From positions 48,112,001 to 48,176,000 of the forward strand of contig CM069141.1 of the NCBI GenBank assembly GCA_035221665.1: a stretch of 64,000 nt of DNA, read 5' to 3'. Position 1 is the first letter of the stretch; each line of letters begins with the position of its first letter. Of this stretch, positions 51,068 through 62,672 are shown piece after piece. Source of the DNA: Okamejei kenojei. Lineage: Eukaryota. The position numbers and the translations under genes are program-made. Under the pieces are notes generated by a model. The model searched no databases. It was not told the DNA's origin and worked only from the letters and a program-made list of their open reading frames with translations.

Positions 51068-53526
51068 ATGGGATTATATCAAACATATTGGTTATTAAAA
51101 TGGCAACTGTTGTCTTTAGTGCTCCCCTGGAATTTTGTTTCTGGACAGATGCGGTATTCGATTCCCGAGGAATTGCCGCTGGGAGCCTTCGTTGGGAATA
51201 TCGCTGCTGATTTGGGTTTAGACGTCGAACAGCTCCCGGCACGGAATTTTCGCATTGTGCCCAGTCCCAGAAAACAGTATTTCTCTCTGAAATTAGACAA
51301 AGGGGCTTTAGTGGTCAACCAGAAAATTGACAGAGAACAAGTCTGCGGTACGATGCCCGGTTGTGCCTTGACTTTCGAGACGGTGATCGATGACCCTCTG
51401 AACGTGTATCACATCGAGGTGGAGATTGTGGACATCAACGACAACGCTCCACTGTTCCCAAAGAATGAATTCCGCTTGGAAATATCGGAGTTGGCGGCGC
51501 CTGGTGTCCGCTTCCCATTAGAGTCCGCGTACGACCCGGACGTAGGCACCAACTCGCTCCAGACTTACCGATTGGCGAGGAATCAATATTTCGAACTGGA
51601 CATACAGTCTCGCAGTGGGGACAGCAAACTCCCGATTCTGGTAATGGAACGGGCTCCCGACAGGGAGCACCAGACTACTCTACAGTTGTTGCTGACGGCT
51701 ATTGACGGAGGCATTCCTGAACGATCTGGCACGGCGCAGATTATTATCCGCATTCTGGATGCCAACGACAACATGCCTACGTTTAGCCAGGCGGTTTACA
51801 GAGTCCGCTTGTTGGAAAATGTGCCCGTAGGAACGCCGGTGATCAAAGTCAACGCTACTGATCTGGACGAAGGCTCCAACGGAGAGATACGTTATTCCTT
51901 TGGTAGCCACGCTTCTGCCCAAGCGCGGGAACTTTTCAGCGTGGACCCTAAAACAGGAGAAATCCGAGTGAAGGGACCTCTGGATTTCGAAGCAGGAGCA
52001 GAGGTGGAGATTAGCGTACAAGCTGAAGATCAGGGTTCTTTTTCTGTGCCTGTGCATTGCGATGTGCTTGTTGAAGTTGTGGATGTGAATGACAACGCGC
52101 CGGAGGTAACAGTTACCTCTCTGTCCAGTTCAGTGGCAGAAGATGCCCCGCCCGGGACAGTGGTGGCCTTAATCAGTGTGACCGATGCAGATATGGGAGA
52201 GAACGGCGAAACACGCTGCCAGATTCCAAACAACCTGCCTTTCAAATTAGATTCGTCGTTCAGGAACTACTATCGACTGCTCACCAAAGATGTGCTCGAC
52301 CGAGAAGCGGTTTCTCAATATGGTATCACCGTTACGTGTAGCGATGCAGGCTTACCGGTTCTAACCACTAACAAAACCATCCAGCTAAAGATCTCCGATG
52401 TAAATGACAACCCTCCGCGTTTCTCGCAGACGGTTTACACCGCCTATGTGACAGAAAATAACATCATCGGTAGTTCTGTCTATTCGGTGCCAGCATCTGA
52501 TGCAGATGTGAATCTGAATTCCAAACTCTCTTACTCTATTCTTAAGACCCAGGCCGGCGGTACCCCTGTGTTCGGTTACGTCTCTATAAACTCAGACAGC
52601 GGCGTGATATCTGCTGAGCGTTCTTTTGACTACGAGGATTTGAAGAAGTTTCAGATCGAGATCCAAGCAACAGACGCCGGCGAGCTACCTCTGAGTACCA
52701 ATGTCTCAATTAACGTGGTCATCTTGGATCAGAATGACAACGCTCCGGCCATCGTATCCCCGAGACCAGAGTACGGTTCGACAGCAGTCGAGACGTTATC
52801 CAGATCAGCAGAGCCGGGTTATCTGGTGGTCAAGATATCCGCCGTGGACGCTGATTCGGGGCAAAATGCCAGACTTACTTATCACCTGGGGCAGGTGACC
52901 GACCGCGGTCTTTTTACCATCGCGCCTGATACGGGAGAGATCTGGACAATCCGTCGTGTAGTGAATGCAGATGCAACTAAACAAAGCTTGATGGTAGTGG
53001 TAAAGGATAATGGAGTCCCACCACTTAAGGCCACAATGAATATCATCTTAACACTTGAGGGGAGCGACACAGAAACGCTCTCTGAATTGAGTGGCCTCAG
53101 TGAAGATCTCGGGTTCCCTTCAGACATAAGCCTTTACTTGGTTATAGCTTTGGGGACAATCTCGTCTATTTTCCTGGTGATTTTAGTTATCCTAGCCGTT
53201 AAGGTCCACCGAAGCAGGAACGTATTTAACCGCCGCAGATACGACCTGGACACATGTTGTTGCCTGGGTTCCACACATTCTCTTAATGGAATACAAAAAG
53301 CCAGTGTAAACCTTCAGATCCCCCCGAATTATGTTGAAGTGTTTGGCCGTGATCCACTCTCCCAGAATTGTTGTTACGAGGTATGTTCCTCATCGGATAA
53401 CAAATAAAGGGGGCGACATATTTCCCAAGATACAAAGTTCAACTGCAAGGGCAAGCGCGCCCCCAGTGGCAAAAGTTAACTCAAACTTCAAATGATGTAA
53501 ATGGTAGAACTACTGTATCCAAGGAG
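51068..53526 (+). CDS. Clustered protocadherin variable exon V10 (last before the constant region); frame disrupted in the distal cytoplasmic tail
   Basis: ATG 51068; ORF intact through ECs, TM and PPNYVEV, then TAA at 53405-53407. The paralog-type donor GAG|GTGAGG at 53526/53527 lies in another frame (RTTVSKE), implying a net +2 shift near GATAACAAATAAAG (~53396-53409). Confidence 0.88.
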
Positions 53527-54419
53527 GTGAGGCACACTGTGCAATAACACACTCGAGAACTAGTAATTTGATCTGTGCAAGTCCTTTGATCCTCTCATTG
53601 TCAGCAGTATTGTAGCAGAAATGCTGTGCGTAGCACGATTAAAACAATTAGCTCGAGAGAATTTCTTCCTTGCTGCCTTGTGGGCAGATTCACCAGTGAA
53701 ACGTGTTGCTGTAATGTTTAAGTTGACAAAATGTAAACATAATGAATCTTCATTTACAAAGGGTGTTTTGCACCTTACATAAATGAGGCAGTCTACAGAT
53801 TTTACCCCCAGAAATTAGATTGAGCTGATGGCATGATGCAAGATAGTGACTGAAACTGAAGCACATGTAAAGAACAATGTTAATACCAATTTGTGTTGAG
53901 TTTTATGTGTATCAGGTTTGAGAGTATTAAGGGTGTGTGGAAGGATAGTTTGTTCATTCCACCCAAAGCCAGTTAATCATACCATCCTTGAGTTAGTTAT
54001 TTTTCAGTTTAATTTAAATAGTAAGGCTATTAGAATTACAAATAAAGCCAAAGATTGTTGTTTATCTATATAAAAAGTGCATTAGGCAACCAAGACATAG
54101 TATACCCAGATTTTAAGAAATAGCTGATCGATTGATTCCTAGTACAAACTAGTTTCATGCAATAATAAGAGAGTTGGGTTGAAGGGAGTTATGAAGCTAC
54201 AGCAGGTAGAATACATACTGTATATGAACCATGAGAGTGAGCATTGCATGCAATTTTGCTCTTATTATAATGTATGCACTTACATATTGATGTCAAAGCC
54301 TACGTTATAACTATTGTGCCATAAGTTAACTGTTTCGAGTTATTGTTTGGCCCTAAATTGTGCTAAGGTAAATTTGGATGAATATGGGATTGTCTTCAAA
54401 CAAATATACTACAGCAGTG

Positions 54420-54975
54420 CTAAGCCAGAATATTTTTATTTGCCTTGGTACAAAAGTAACTTGGAGTATTGTGTGCAGATCTTGATGCTACATGATAGGA
54501 TGGATGTGCCTGTGCTGGAAAGAGTCCAGAGGCATTTACCAGGTTATATACCTGGATTAGAGGACTTTAGTCATGGAGTTGTGGATAAGAAGGCCTTATT
54601 TCCCCTGGAATAAAGGAGGCTGAGGGGAACCTGATGGAGGTATATATAATTAAAAGAAGCATAGATGTGGTAGACTGCCAGAATCTTTTTTTCCAAAAAC
54701 AATATGGCAAAAGAAAGGATTTTAAAAATAATCTGGGGAAACAACTTTTATAGAGAGACTGGTTGATACTGGATTTCAAATGTCCTGCCAGAGGAGGTGA
54801 TGGAATCAGAAATAATTACTATGTTTAAGAGACATTCAGACAGACACGTGAAAATACAAGGGACAAAAAGATACTGAACTAATGAGCCAATGTGCTTTGT
54901 GTAAATGGCCAAGGTGATTAGCATGGATATGGTGGGCCAAAGGGTATGTTTCCATGTTGTATGATTCTATGACAC
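54420..54975 (+). mobile_element. Degenerate CR1 LINE 3' fragment
   Basis: LEYCVQ...LERVQR, RRLRG-like coding remnants, and a TATGATTCTATGA tail. Confidence 0.7.
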
Positions 54976-56049
54976 TCTAACTTCAAGGCGCTTAGAAAAT
55001 ATGGCAGCTTGGAGTTGGCTGGTGACCTCTAACTTTACTGAGGAATTCGCCTAGCCGACTCATTTGGACAATATAGGCTTGTTTCTGAATAAAAAGGATA
55101 GAAAGCCATGCAGCAGCATGAAATCTCTATTTGTTCCAGTAATCAACCTTGAAATCCCCTGGGAAGTACAAACAGAAAAAGGTGTCTTGGATGTAAGTGA
55201 TAAAGTATCAGAGTCTTTCAGAAGATGAAGTACATTTGAAATGGCTGAACATGCTAGTCTGTCACATCAGGTGCACACTTCTCTGAAGAATGGTCCAAGT
55301 GGATAATTGAACACCATCCTAACAGCAAAAAGAATAAAATGTGATTCTATCCCTCTTGTAATTTGAACTGATCTTTCAGAAAGCAGCCACTAAATGGACA
55401 ACAAAACCATTTGCTACAGAGTATCAAATGAAAAAAATATGAATTACTCATCCCAATAGTGTTACCAGCCTTCTGAAAAACACTGAATGCGAATGGAACT
55501 TACAAAATTTAAGTATTTTTTATATTACTTCAACATGCTCAGGAATAATGTAAGCTTTCCTATGCTTCAATACTTTTTTGCCAAATACATACAGCTCTAC
55601 CCCTTTTGAATTAGAGAGTGGGAGTCATTTTACATATTCCTACTGCCCCACAAGTCGTGCTAGAAATGCATACCCAATCTTCTGTTTATTTAGATTTATA
55701 CATTTGAAATGATTGTGTGGTATAAAGAATTGGTATATTCAAAGTGTGATTGCAGTGTATATGAACAGGGAAACCACGCCATTTCAGGATGTTTCACTCT
55801 ACCTCTTTTTCGCAATTTACAGATGTAGTTTTGCCATCAGAAGATACTGTTTGGTGGAGCATTGATTTATTCTATTTTGTTATCTGTTGCAAAACAAAGC
55901 TGCATAACTAGTTAATTAATTTTTTTTTCGGACACATTTAATCAGGTTAGAACATGATATTAAAATAGCATGAGTGAATCAATTTGACAGGCAATATGTA
56001 GCTGCTAACCAGAAATGTCTTTGCCATAAATTGCAAGAAATGCTTGGCC

Positions 56050-56270
56050 TGTCTGAAGACTCTTGGATTTACAATTTATTTTACCAAAGCCAATTAACCT
56101 GCATACCTGTACGTCTTTGGGATGTGGGAGGAAACTGTAGCACCTGGAGGAAACCCACGTAGTCACAGCGAGAACATACAAACTCTGTACAGACAGCACC
56201 AGTAGTCAGTATCGAACCTGAGTCTCTGGCGCTGTAAGGCAACAGCTATACTGCTGCACCACTGTGCCAT
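56050..56270 (-). mobile_element. tRNA-derived SINE (HE1/V-SINE-like)
   Basis: Minus strand GGCACAGTGGTGCAGCAGTA (A box) ... GGTTCGATAC (B box) ... TTTCCTCCCACATCCCAAAGAC core. Confidence 0.75.
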
Positions 56271-58179
56271 CCTGAAGGCTGAGAATTTTTGTTCATTCTA
56301 TCATAGGTGACCTTACAAACTGGCTTTTCTCAGTTATTCAGAGTGGCACTGGTTTTATACTGAAAGCCATGTCACAATGTCAATATTATACACATTTTTG
56401 CTGATTTAAATATATTGGATATCTTTTATGCTGGTTAAAGTAAGAATATTTATTCTAGAGTCCCAAATTTAAAACAATTACCTATTCTGAGAATTCAGAG
56501 GACCTCAGGTTTTACGTGTGGTTCTGCAGCATTTTATTTGAGCTAGTTTATTAATCTACAATTAGTGCTTGCTTCGACACAAACCAACCTAAGATAACCT
56601 TTAGATTTAAGAGAGGAATACATTTCCTGTTAGTTAAAAATCAATAATGAAACATTAAAAAAATAACATCACTTTCCAGATCAATTGTTGGTGAAAATGC
56701 TATTACTACAAACCCAAGAGTATGTGAGTGTTATCCCTAAAGAACCACATTACATATTCTATGAACCACAAGGTGCTGGAGGATCTTAGAGGGCCATGCA
56801 ACGTTTGTGGAGGGAGTGGACAGGTAACATTTTGGGTTGGGACCCATCTTCAGACTCCAGTCTGAAAGAGGGACCCGACACAAAACATGGCCTGTTAATT
56901 CCCTCCAGACACGCTGATGTGCCCGGGACCTTGTGTTTTCCCCAAGTTTCCAGATTAGACAGTCTCTTGCGTACTATAAACCACATTTGTTAGCACAAAA
57001 GCAAACGTGCAATGCAGAGCAGGAGTCACATTTGAATCTTGCTCACTAGTGCAATGAATGAAAGGAGAATCTCCCATGCAAATTTTGAGTGTTCACTAAG
57101 CAGGTTTTTATCAGCAGTTAATTTAGAAGCACATTTTAAAAGCATCCAGCCAAATTGGTATTGGATCCTTTATTGTGGCAATATAAGAATAGGCAATGTC
57201 ATTGATAATATCCTACCATTAATTAATAGCATCAGAAAGATGGCATTTTATTTTGTATTTTCACAATATTATCAACAGGATTTCTTTGTTTGGACGACAC
57301 ATTTCAACCATTGGCTTTGTTTATTTCAGAGATCAATAAGATCTATATGACGTGTCAAAAATCATTGAATTGAATTTTGCTTTGTCATATCAGCAAGGTC
57401 AATGGGAAATAGGAAAATATATAGTTAGAATTGTGAAATAATTTCTAAGCGTGAATTAATGACTCCACATTTCTGAGCAGTGAATTAAATTCTCAATTGA
57501 AAAAAAATCAAATTAGAGCTGCTAGATTGTTTCACAATATCTTAGTAAGTAATTGTATTTATTTTACTTTGAACACTGATGCTTCTCTGCAGAATGATGT
57601 CATATATTTATACTGTTTAGTCTATGAAGTGAATGGGTTCTCTGTGCTGTAGTGGGTAATTGTATTGAATAATTCAATGATTTTGCAGCTAAATCCTTAG
57701 GTTTGAGCTTGATGATTTAAAACAACTTTGAGGTTACATTCTGTGAGAATGCTTTTAATAAAGTACCAAAGTGCGTAAGCAAACATCATATCTCAAATTT
57801 TATGGGTGATGATTAATGCTTGAAAATTGCACCATATAATTTAAGAACAGTTTTAGCATACTTAAAATGGTCTTGGCATTACAGTTTGATCTTTTATAAT
57901 AAAAAAAAATGTCCGGCACAATCTCAAGACATTGTCCACTTTGCATTACATAGATCAGCTATTCTGTACAAGAATATATGGAATATGGGAAGCAGGTCTA
58001 AGTCTTGTCTATCATTCAATGCAATCATGCAGAATTAATGTTCCAAATTTCCTTCAACTTTAATCAGTAGCAGTATTTTCTAAATTTATTTTTAAACTCC
58101 TGCATATGTTTTGATTATATTCTCTCTACCCTATTAGTTTCTTATAACTTTAATCAAATACCCAATAACTTGCTAACAG

Positions 58180-58450
58180 GGGAAGTCCAGTGACACAGCT
58201 GGTAGAGCCGTTGCCTCACAGTGCTAAAATTTGATACTGCCACCAAGTGCTGTCTATGGAGCATGCACGTTCTCGCTACGACCACATGGGTGTCCTTCAG
58301 GTCCTCCAGTTTCCTCCCACATTCCCAAGACATGCAGGTTTGTAGGTTAATTGACCTCTGTAAAATTGCCCCTTGTGTGCAAGGATTGGATGCAACAGTG
58401 GGAACATAGAACTAGGGTGACCGGGTCAGCCTGTTTGCATTCTGTATCTT
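58180..58450 (+). mobile_element. tRNA-derived SINE (HE1/V-SINE-like)
   Basis: AGTGACACAGCTGGTAGAGC...TCCAGTTTCCTCCCACATTCCCAAGACATGCAGG. Confidence 0.7.
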
Positions 58451-60564
58451 TCAGTCAATTTCAATCCATTTCAAGTGTTATCCAGGGAATAGATTCTTTC
58501 TTAATGATTATTTTCTTTTTAATTGAACTCCCAGAAGTTCAAGCATCATTCTGAAAGATTTACATTATTCTCCCTTAAACAATAATTTATCCTTCCAAAG
58601 ATGTGATGCTAGGAAACTGCACATATTACTGCAGGTGTGGCCTTACTTATGCTTGGTATAAGCAGGAACATAACCATATTTATCTTAATAGTAGAATCAT
58701 AGGTCTGCAGATGCTGGTTTTATACAAAAGATAGACAAAAACTGCTGGAGTAACTCAGCTGGTAAGGCAGCATCTATGGAGAAAAAGGATGGGTGATGTT
58801 TCGGGTCGGGGATGGTGAAGTATCCTGACCCAAAATGGTTATCTTGTGTCTATCTTTACCATAATACTAGTATTCCAGATATCAAGACCTTAGTTTCCTT
58901 TGTCTTTTAATAATTTTGTATTTTTATAATTTTCAGTAGTTCTGCATACTTTTAGATTTCTGAACATTGATACCTTACAGACTTTTCCCTTAATGCATTA
59001 ACTGCACTGGGATATGTTGTTGTTACACTAAAGCCTGATGGAGACTAGATCATTAAGCAGCAACTAAAGCTGTAGATTTTACAACTGGAATACAAATCTG
59101 AATCAGACTGAAGAAGTGGCCTGACCCCAAATGTCGTCTATCCACATTCTTGAAAGATGCTGCCTGACCACTGAGTTACACCAACACTCTCTGTCCTTTT
59201 GTATAAACCTGTATCTGCAATTTCTTGATTCTAAAATCTCAGTGCATATCAAAAGAATTAGTTCCTCTCTCTTTAAATGCATTAGGCTGAAGGTGGGAAA
59301 GCAAATGTCAATTAGCTGCTGATCACTTCCCCTCTTACCCTGTAAGCTATTGATTTTTAATTATTACCCTGCAGTTCCCTTTAACTGGGTATGAATAGTA
59401 CCAGTTCAACTGACTGCTCTCCAAATCTTTAATTTGTTCGCCAACAATCTACAAAATCTTTACAGAAATTAGCTTTGGTTTTAAGTGCTTCTAATGAAGT
59501 GTAGCATAAATTAGGAAAATATATCCTCTGCCTTAATTGCTGTATCCCATTAAAAAAATCACATTTAACTCCCATCAATAGCCTATGTTTCCCTTCACTC
59601 TTTTTACACTTTTTGTTTCATAAGCAAGAATGACAAATGAATACAAGAATTCTGCTATAAAATAATTCTCAACTACGTTATTTATTATTATTGTCATTAT
59701 GATCCATTTAGTTGTGGAAGCAGCTTTTGGTCAATGTATATCTCACCCACCTCTTTAGGCAGTGAACCCAACTGCCTAAATGTTTCTCTGAAAGAAGTAA
59801 GGCTTTTCAAAAAGCATCTGGTTATAACTGGAAACATAAAACATGTGAATAACTGATCTGGTTCTGTTTTTATTGTCCTGTAAAACAAAAATGTGCACAA
59901 AGGCCTGTTTCCAAACTGCATAACTCTACGACTCTAACACAACTTGATACACATGTTATTTACAACAGAATTTTGCTCTAAAATAATCATCATCCCCCTC
60001 AAATCCATTAAGTAGATAGCCTATCCAATATTAAAGCTTTGTACTTAAAGAATTATTAAAATATGGCATACAAGCATGAAGTGAATATACTAAATTTCTA
60101 GAACACATGAATAGTACCACTGCAGTATGTGATGTTACATTGCACGACAGTATCACATAAGGCAGGGAACAAGGCCATTCGGCCCACCAAATACATGCCT
60201 GCTCACTGCAGAAAGAATCTAGCTAATCCACTTCCCTTAGCCTTCGCTGCTAAACTTGTAAATCCTTTCCATTAAAGGACTGATTCAGCTGTCTTCTGAA
60301 TGCTTTGCTTGAGTCCTGCTCCTCCTCCAGAAAAGCATTTGCACATCCACTCATTACCTCAAATATTCTCTCCAAACAATTCAATTTTTTATCAATCATA
60401 TTCATTCAATGTCATCTGGTTCTTGCGCCTTTTGCCAATTAGAGCATTTATTTCCTCTATCTACTCTATTGATGCCTTCCATAATTTAAAATGTTTTTGT
60501 TCGATCTCCCCTTTAGCTCTGTTGCAGGCAGAACACCCTTCACGTCCCCAGCTCATCCACTTGA

Positions 60565-60975
60565 CACTAGATACAAAATGCTGGACTAACTCCGCAGGTC
60601 AGGAGAAAATGAGTAGGGGATGTTTCGGGTCGTGACCATTCTTCAGACTGATTATTGGGGGGAGGAACTGGAAGCAAGAAAAGACCAGGACAAACCACGT
60701 CTGGCAACAGATGACATCAGGCAGGGAGGTTCTCTGATAGGCTGATGGTTGGCTAGGTGCGGTGCGAGCCCAAGAGAGAGACATTACGAACTGTGGTACC
60801 AGTTAACCAACTTTTAACGAGGAAGGCCTTTATCTGACCTTTAATGGAGACCCCCCTACAATCAGTCTGAAGATGTTTCCTGACCTGAAATATCACCTAT
60901 CCTTACCTGCAGAGTTACTACAGGACTTTGTGTCTACTTTTGGTATACACTAGCATCTGCAGTTTTATTTCAGCC
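60565..60975. mobile_element. Penelope pseudo-LTR derivative with inverted ends
   Basis: GATGTTTCGGGTCGTGACCATTCTTCAGACTGATT ... AATCAGTCTGAAGATG...CCTGAAA...AGCATCTGCAGTT. Confidence 0.65.
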
Positions 60976-61552
60976 ACTTAGTGAAGTTTGTTGTCCTTGG
61001 AATGATTCTCAGAGGCAGAGGAATGACTGCTTCTGACAGGTAAAGAAAAAATATAAAACAGATTTGGTAAAGGAGATCCATGCAGCCGCTTTTCAAGGAG
61101 TATGAAAAGTTTGACAGAGGCAGAAACAAGGAACTGAAGATGCTAGTTTATTTTTAAAAAGGGAGCAAAGTGCTGGAGTAAATCAGCAGGTCAGGCAGCA
61201 TCTCTGAACATGCATAGGTCAAATATTTGAGGCGAGAAATATTGATGATTGACCTAGACATGTCGTGCTGGGTAAAAAATCTTGAGAAACATATCTGCTT
61301 ATGAAAGGCAGTCATTGCCAAGAAATGGTTAGCCAAATGACATTGTCTTTTTTGCTTCTTTATTTATTTCAAAAGGTATATTTTCAGAATTTATTTTTGG
61401 TTAATCATCCATGAACTATTACAAGAAAGAATAATAATTCTTGGATTCACATTCTGCGAAGATTTTTCAATGCAGTCAAATTGACAGGTATATTAAAGTT
61501 AAAGTTAAAATGAACTATTATGAACTTTAACCGGTGCCTTCTTTTTTTGCAG

Positions 61553-61611
61553 GTGAAACAACCAAACGCTGACTGGCATTTCTCACACGCTAACAGAGCA
61601 GAACTAAACAG
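61553..61611 (+). CDS. Protocadherin cluster constant exon 1 (59 nt; VKQPNADWHFSHANRAELN-)
   Basis: Acceptor CCTTCTTTTTTTGCAG| with branch-like TTTAAC ~24 nt upstream; donor CAG|GTATCA. Phase-0 start matches all variable donors. The 59-nt size and PNxDW motif match first constant exons of Pcdh-alpha (PRQPNPDW) and Pcdh-gamma (QAPPNTDW). Confidence 0.93.
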
Positions 61612-61944
61612 GTATCATTCATTATTTTATTTGTTTTGGTGTTGTAAGCCTTGTGCAAACCTTTTGAGGAACTCAGGGGGGAAGGAAACGGGCAGACAAC
61701 ATTTCGGTTCAGGGACTTATCTCAAACCTGAAACGCTCCTGGCCAATTTCCTTCCACAGATGCTGCCTGACCCACGAGTTCCTCCAGCAGTTTGTTTATT
61801 CCTCAACTTTACAACATCTGCAGTCTCTTGTTTATCCAGCCGCCTGTGTTCCTTTCCAAATTTCATGCTTGTTATTATTGCCGGAGACTTATAACGATAA
61901 TGGCCCTATTAAATATTCCATGATGTCGTGTTTGAGGTTTTTAG

Positions 61945-62250
61945 TTTTTTTAGTCTGGAGAAACAGCGTGGAAACAGGCCCATTAGCCCACCACGTCCAC
62001 ACCGGCCAGCAATCGCCGTACTTTAGCACTATCCTACACACTAGGGACAATTTACAATCTATTACCAAAGCCAATTAACCTACAAACCTGTATGTCTTTT
62101 GAATATGGGAGGAAACCGGACCGCCCAGGGACAACCCATGCAGTCACGGGGAGAAAGTACAAACTCTGTACTAACAGCACCTGTAGTCAGGATCTAACTC
62201 ATGTCTCTGGCACTGTGAGGCAGCAACCCTACCACTGCGCCACCGTGCCG
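61945..62250 (-). mobile_element. tRNA-derived SINE (HE1/V-SINE-like) with CR1-like tail
   Basis: Minus strand GGCACGGTGGCGCAGTGGTAG...; same family as 56050-56270. Confidence 0.8.
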
Positions 62251-62672
62251 CATAGTATTTAATTAAACTCTTGCTGATCTCTTCAAATTTCAGCTGCATT
62301 CATAAAATATGAAGCCAGCTTATGCTCCCTCTGACATCAGTCAGCAATTTATTTAATTCATCTGCAGGATGCGTTCATTGCAGGAAAGGTAAGCATGATT
62401 CACACATTGCTAATTACTCTTGAGTTAATTGCTTGGCAGGCGATTTCTAAGGACAATTAAAGTCAAAAGCATTGCTGTGCATCTGGAAACAATTACAGGG
62501 CAGCCTCATTAAGGATAACAGATTTCCTTCTGCGAAAATTATTGATGAACTACCTGCATTTTAAGGAAGATTCAGATGTTTAAGGGATATCATCACCCAT
62601 GCTAATTTGTATTACAGTGACTACTAAATGAACTAAATTTAAATCACTAAGGTACAACATTGAGTTAAATTA

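Noticed and set aside
6584-53127. Recurrent short antisense ORFs over the variable exons
   Set aside because: They are shadows of conserved sense codons, with inconsistent starts and stops.
56200-56270. tRNA gene
   Set aside because: The A/B boxes belong to a SINE head joined to a SINE core; there is no full cloverleaf.
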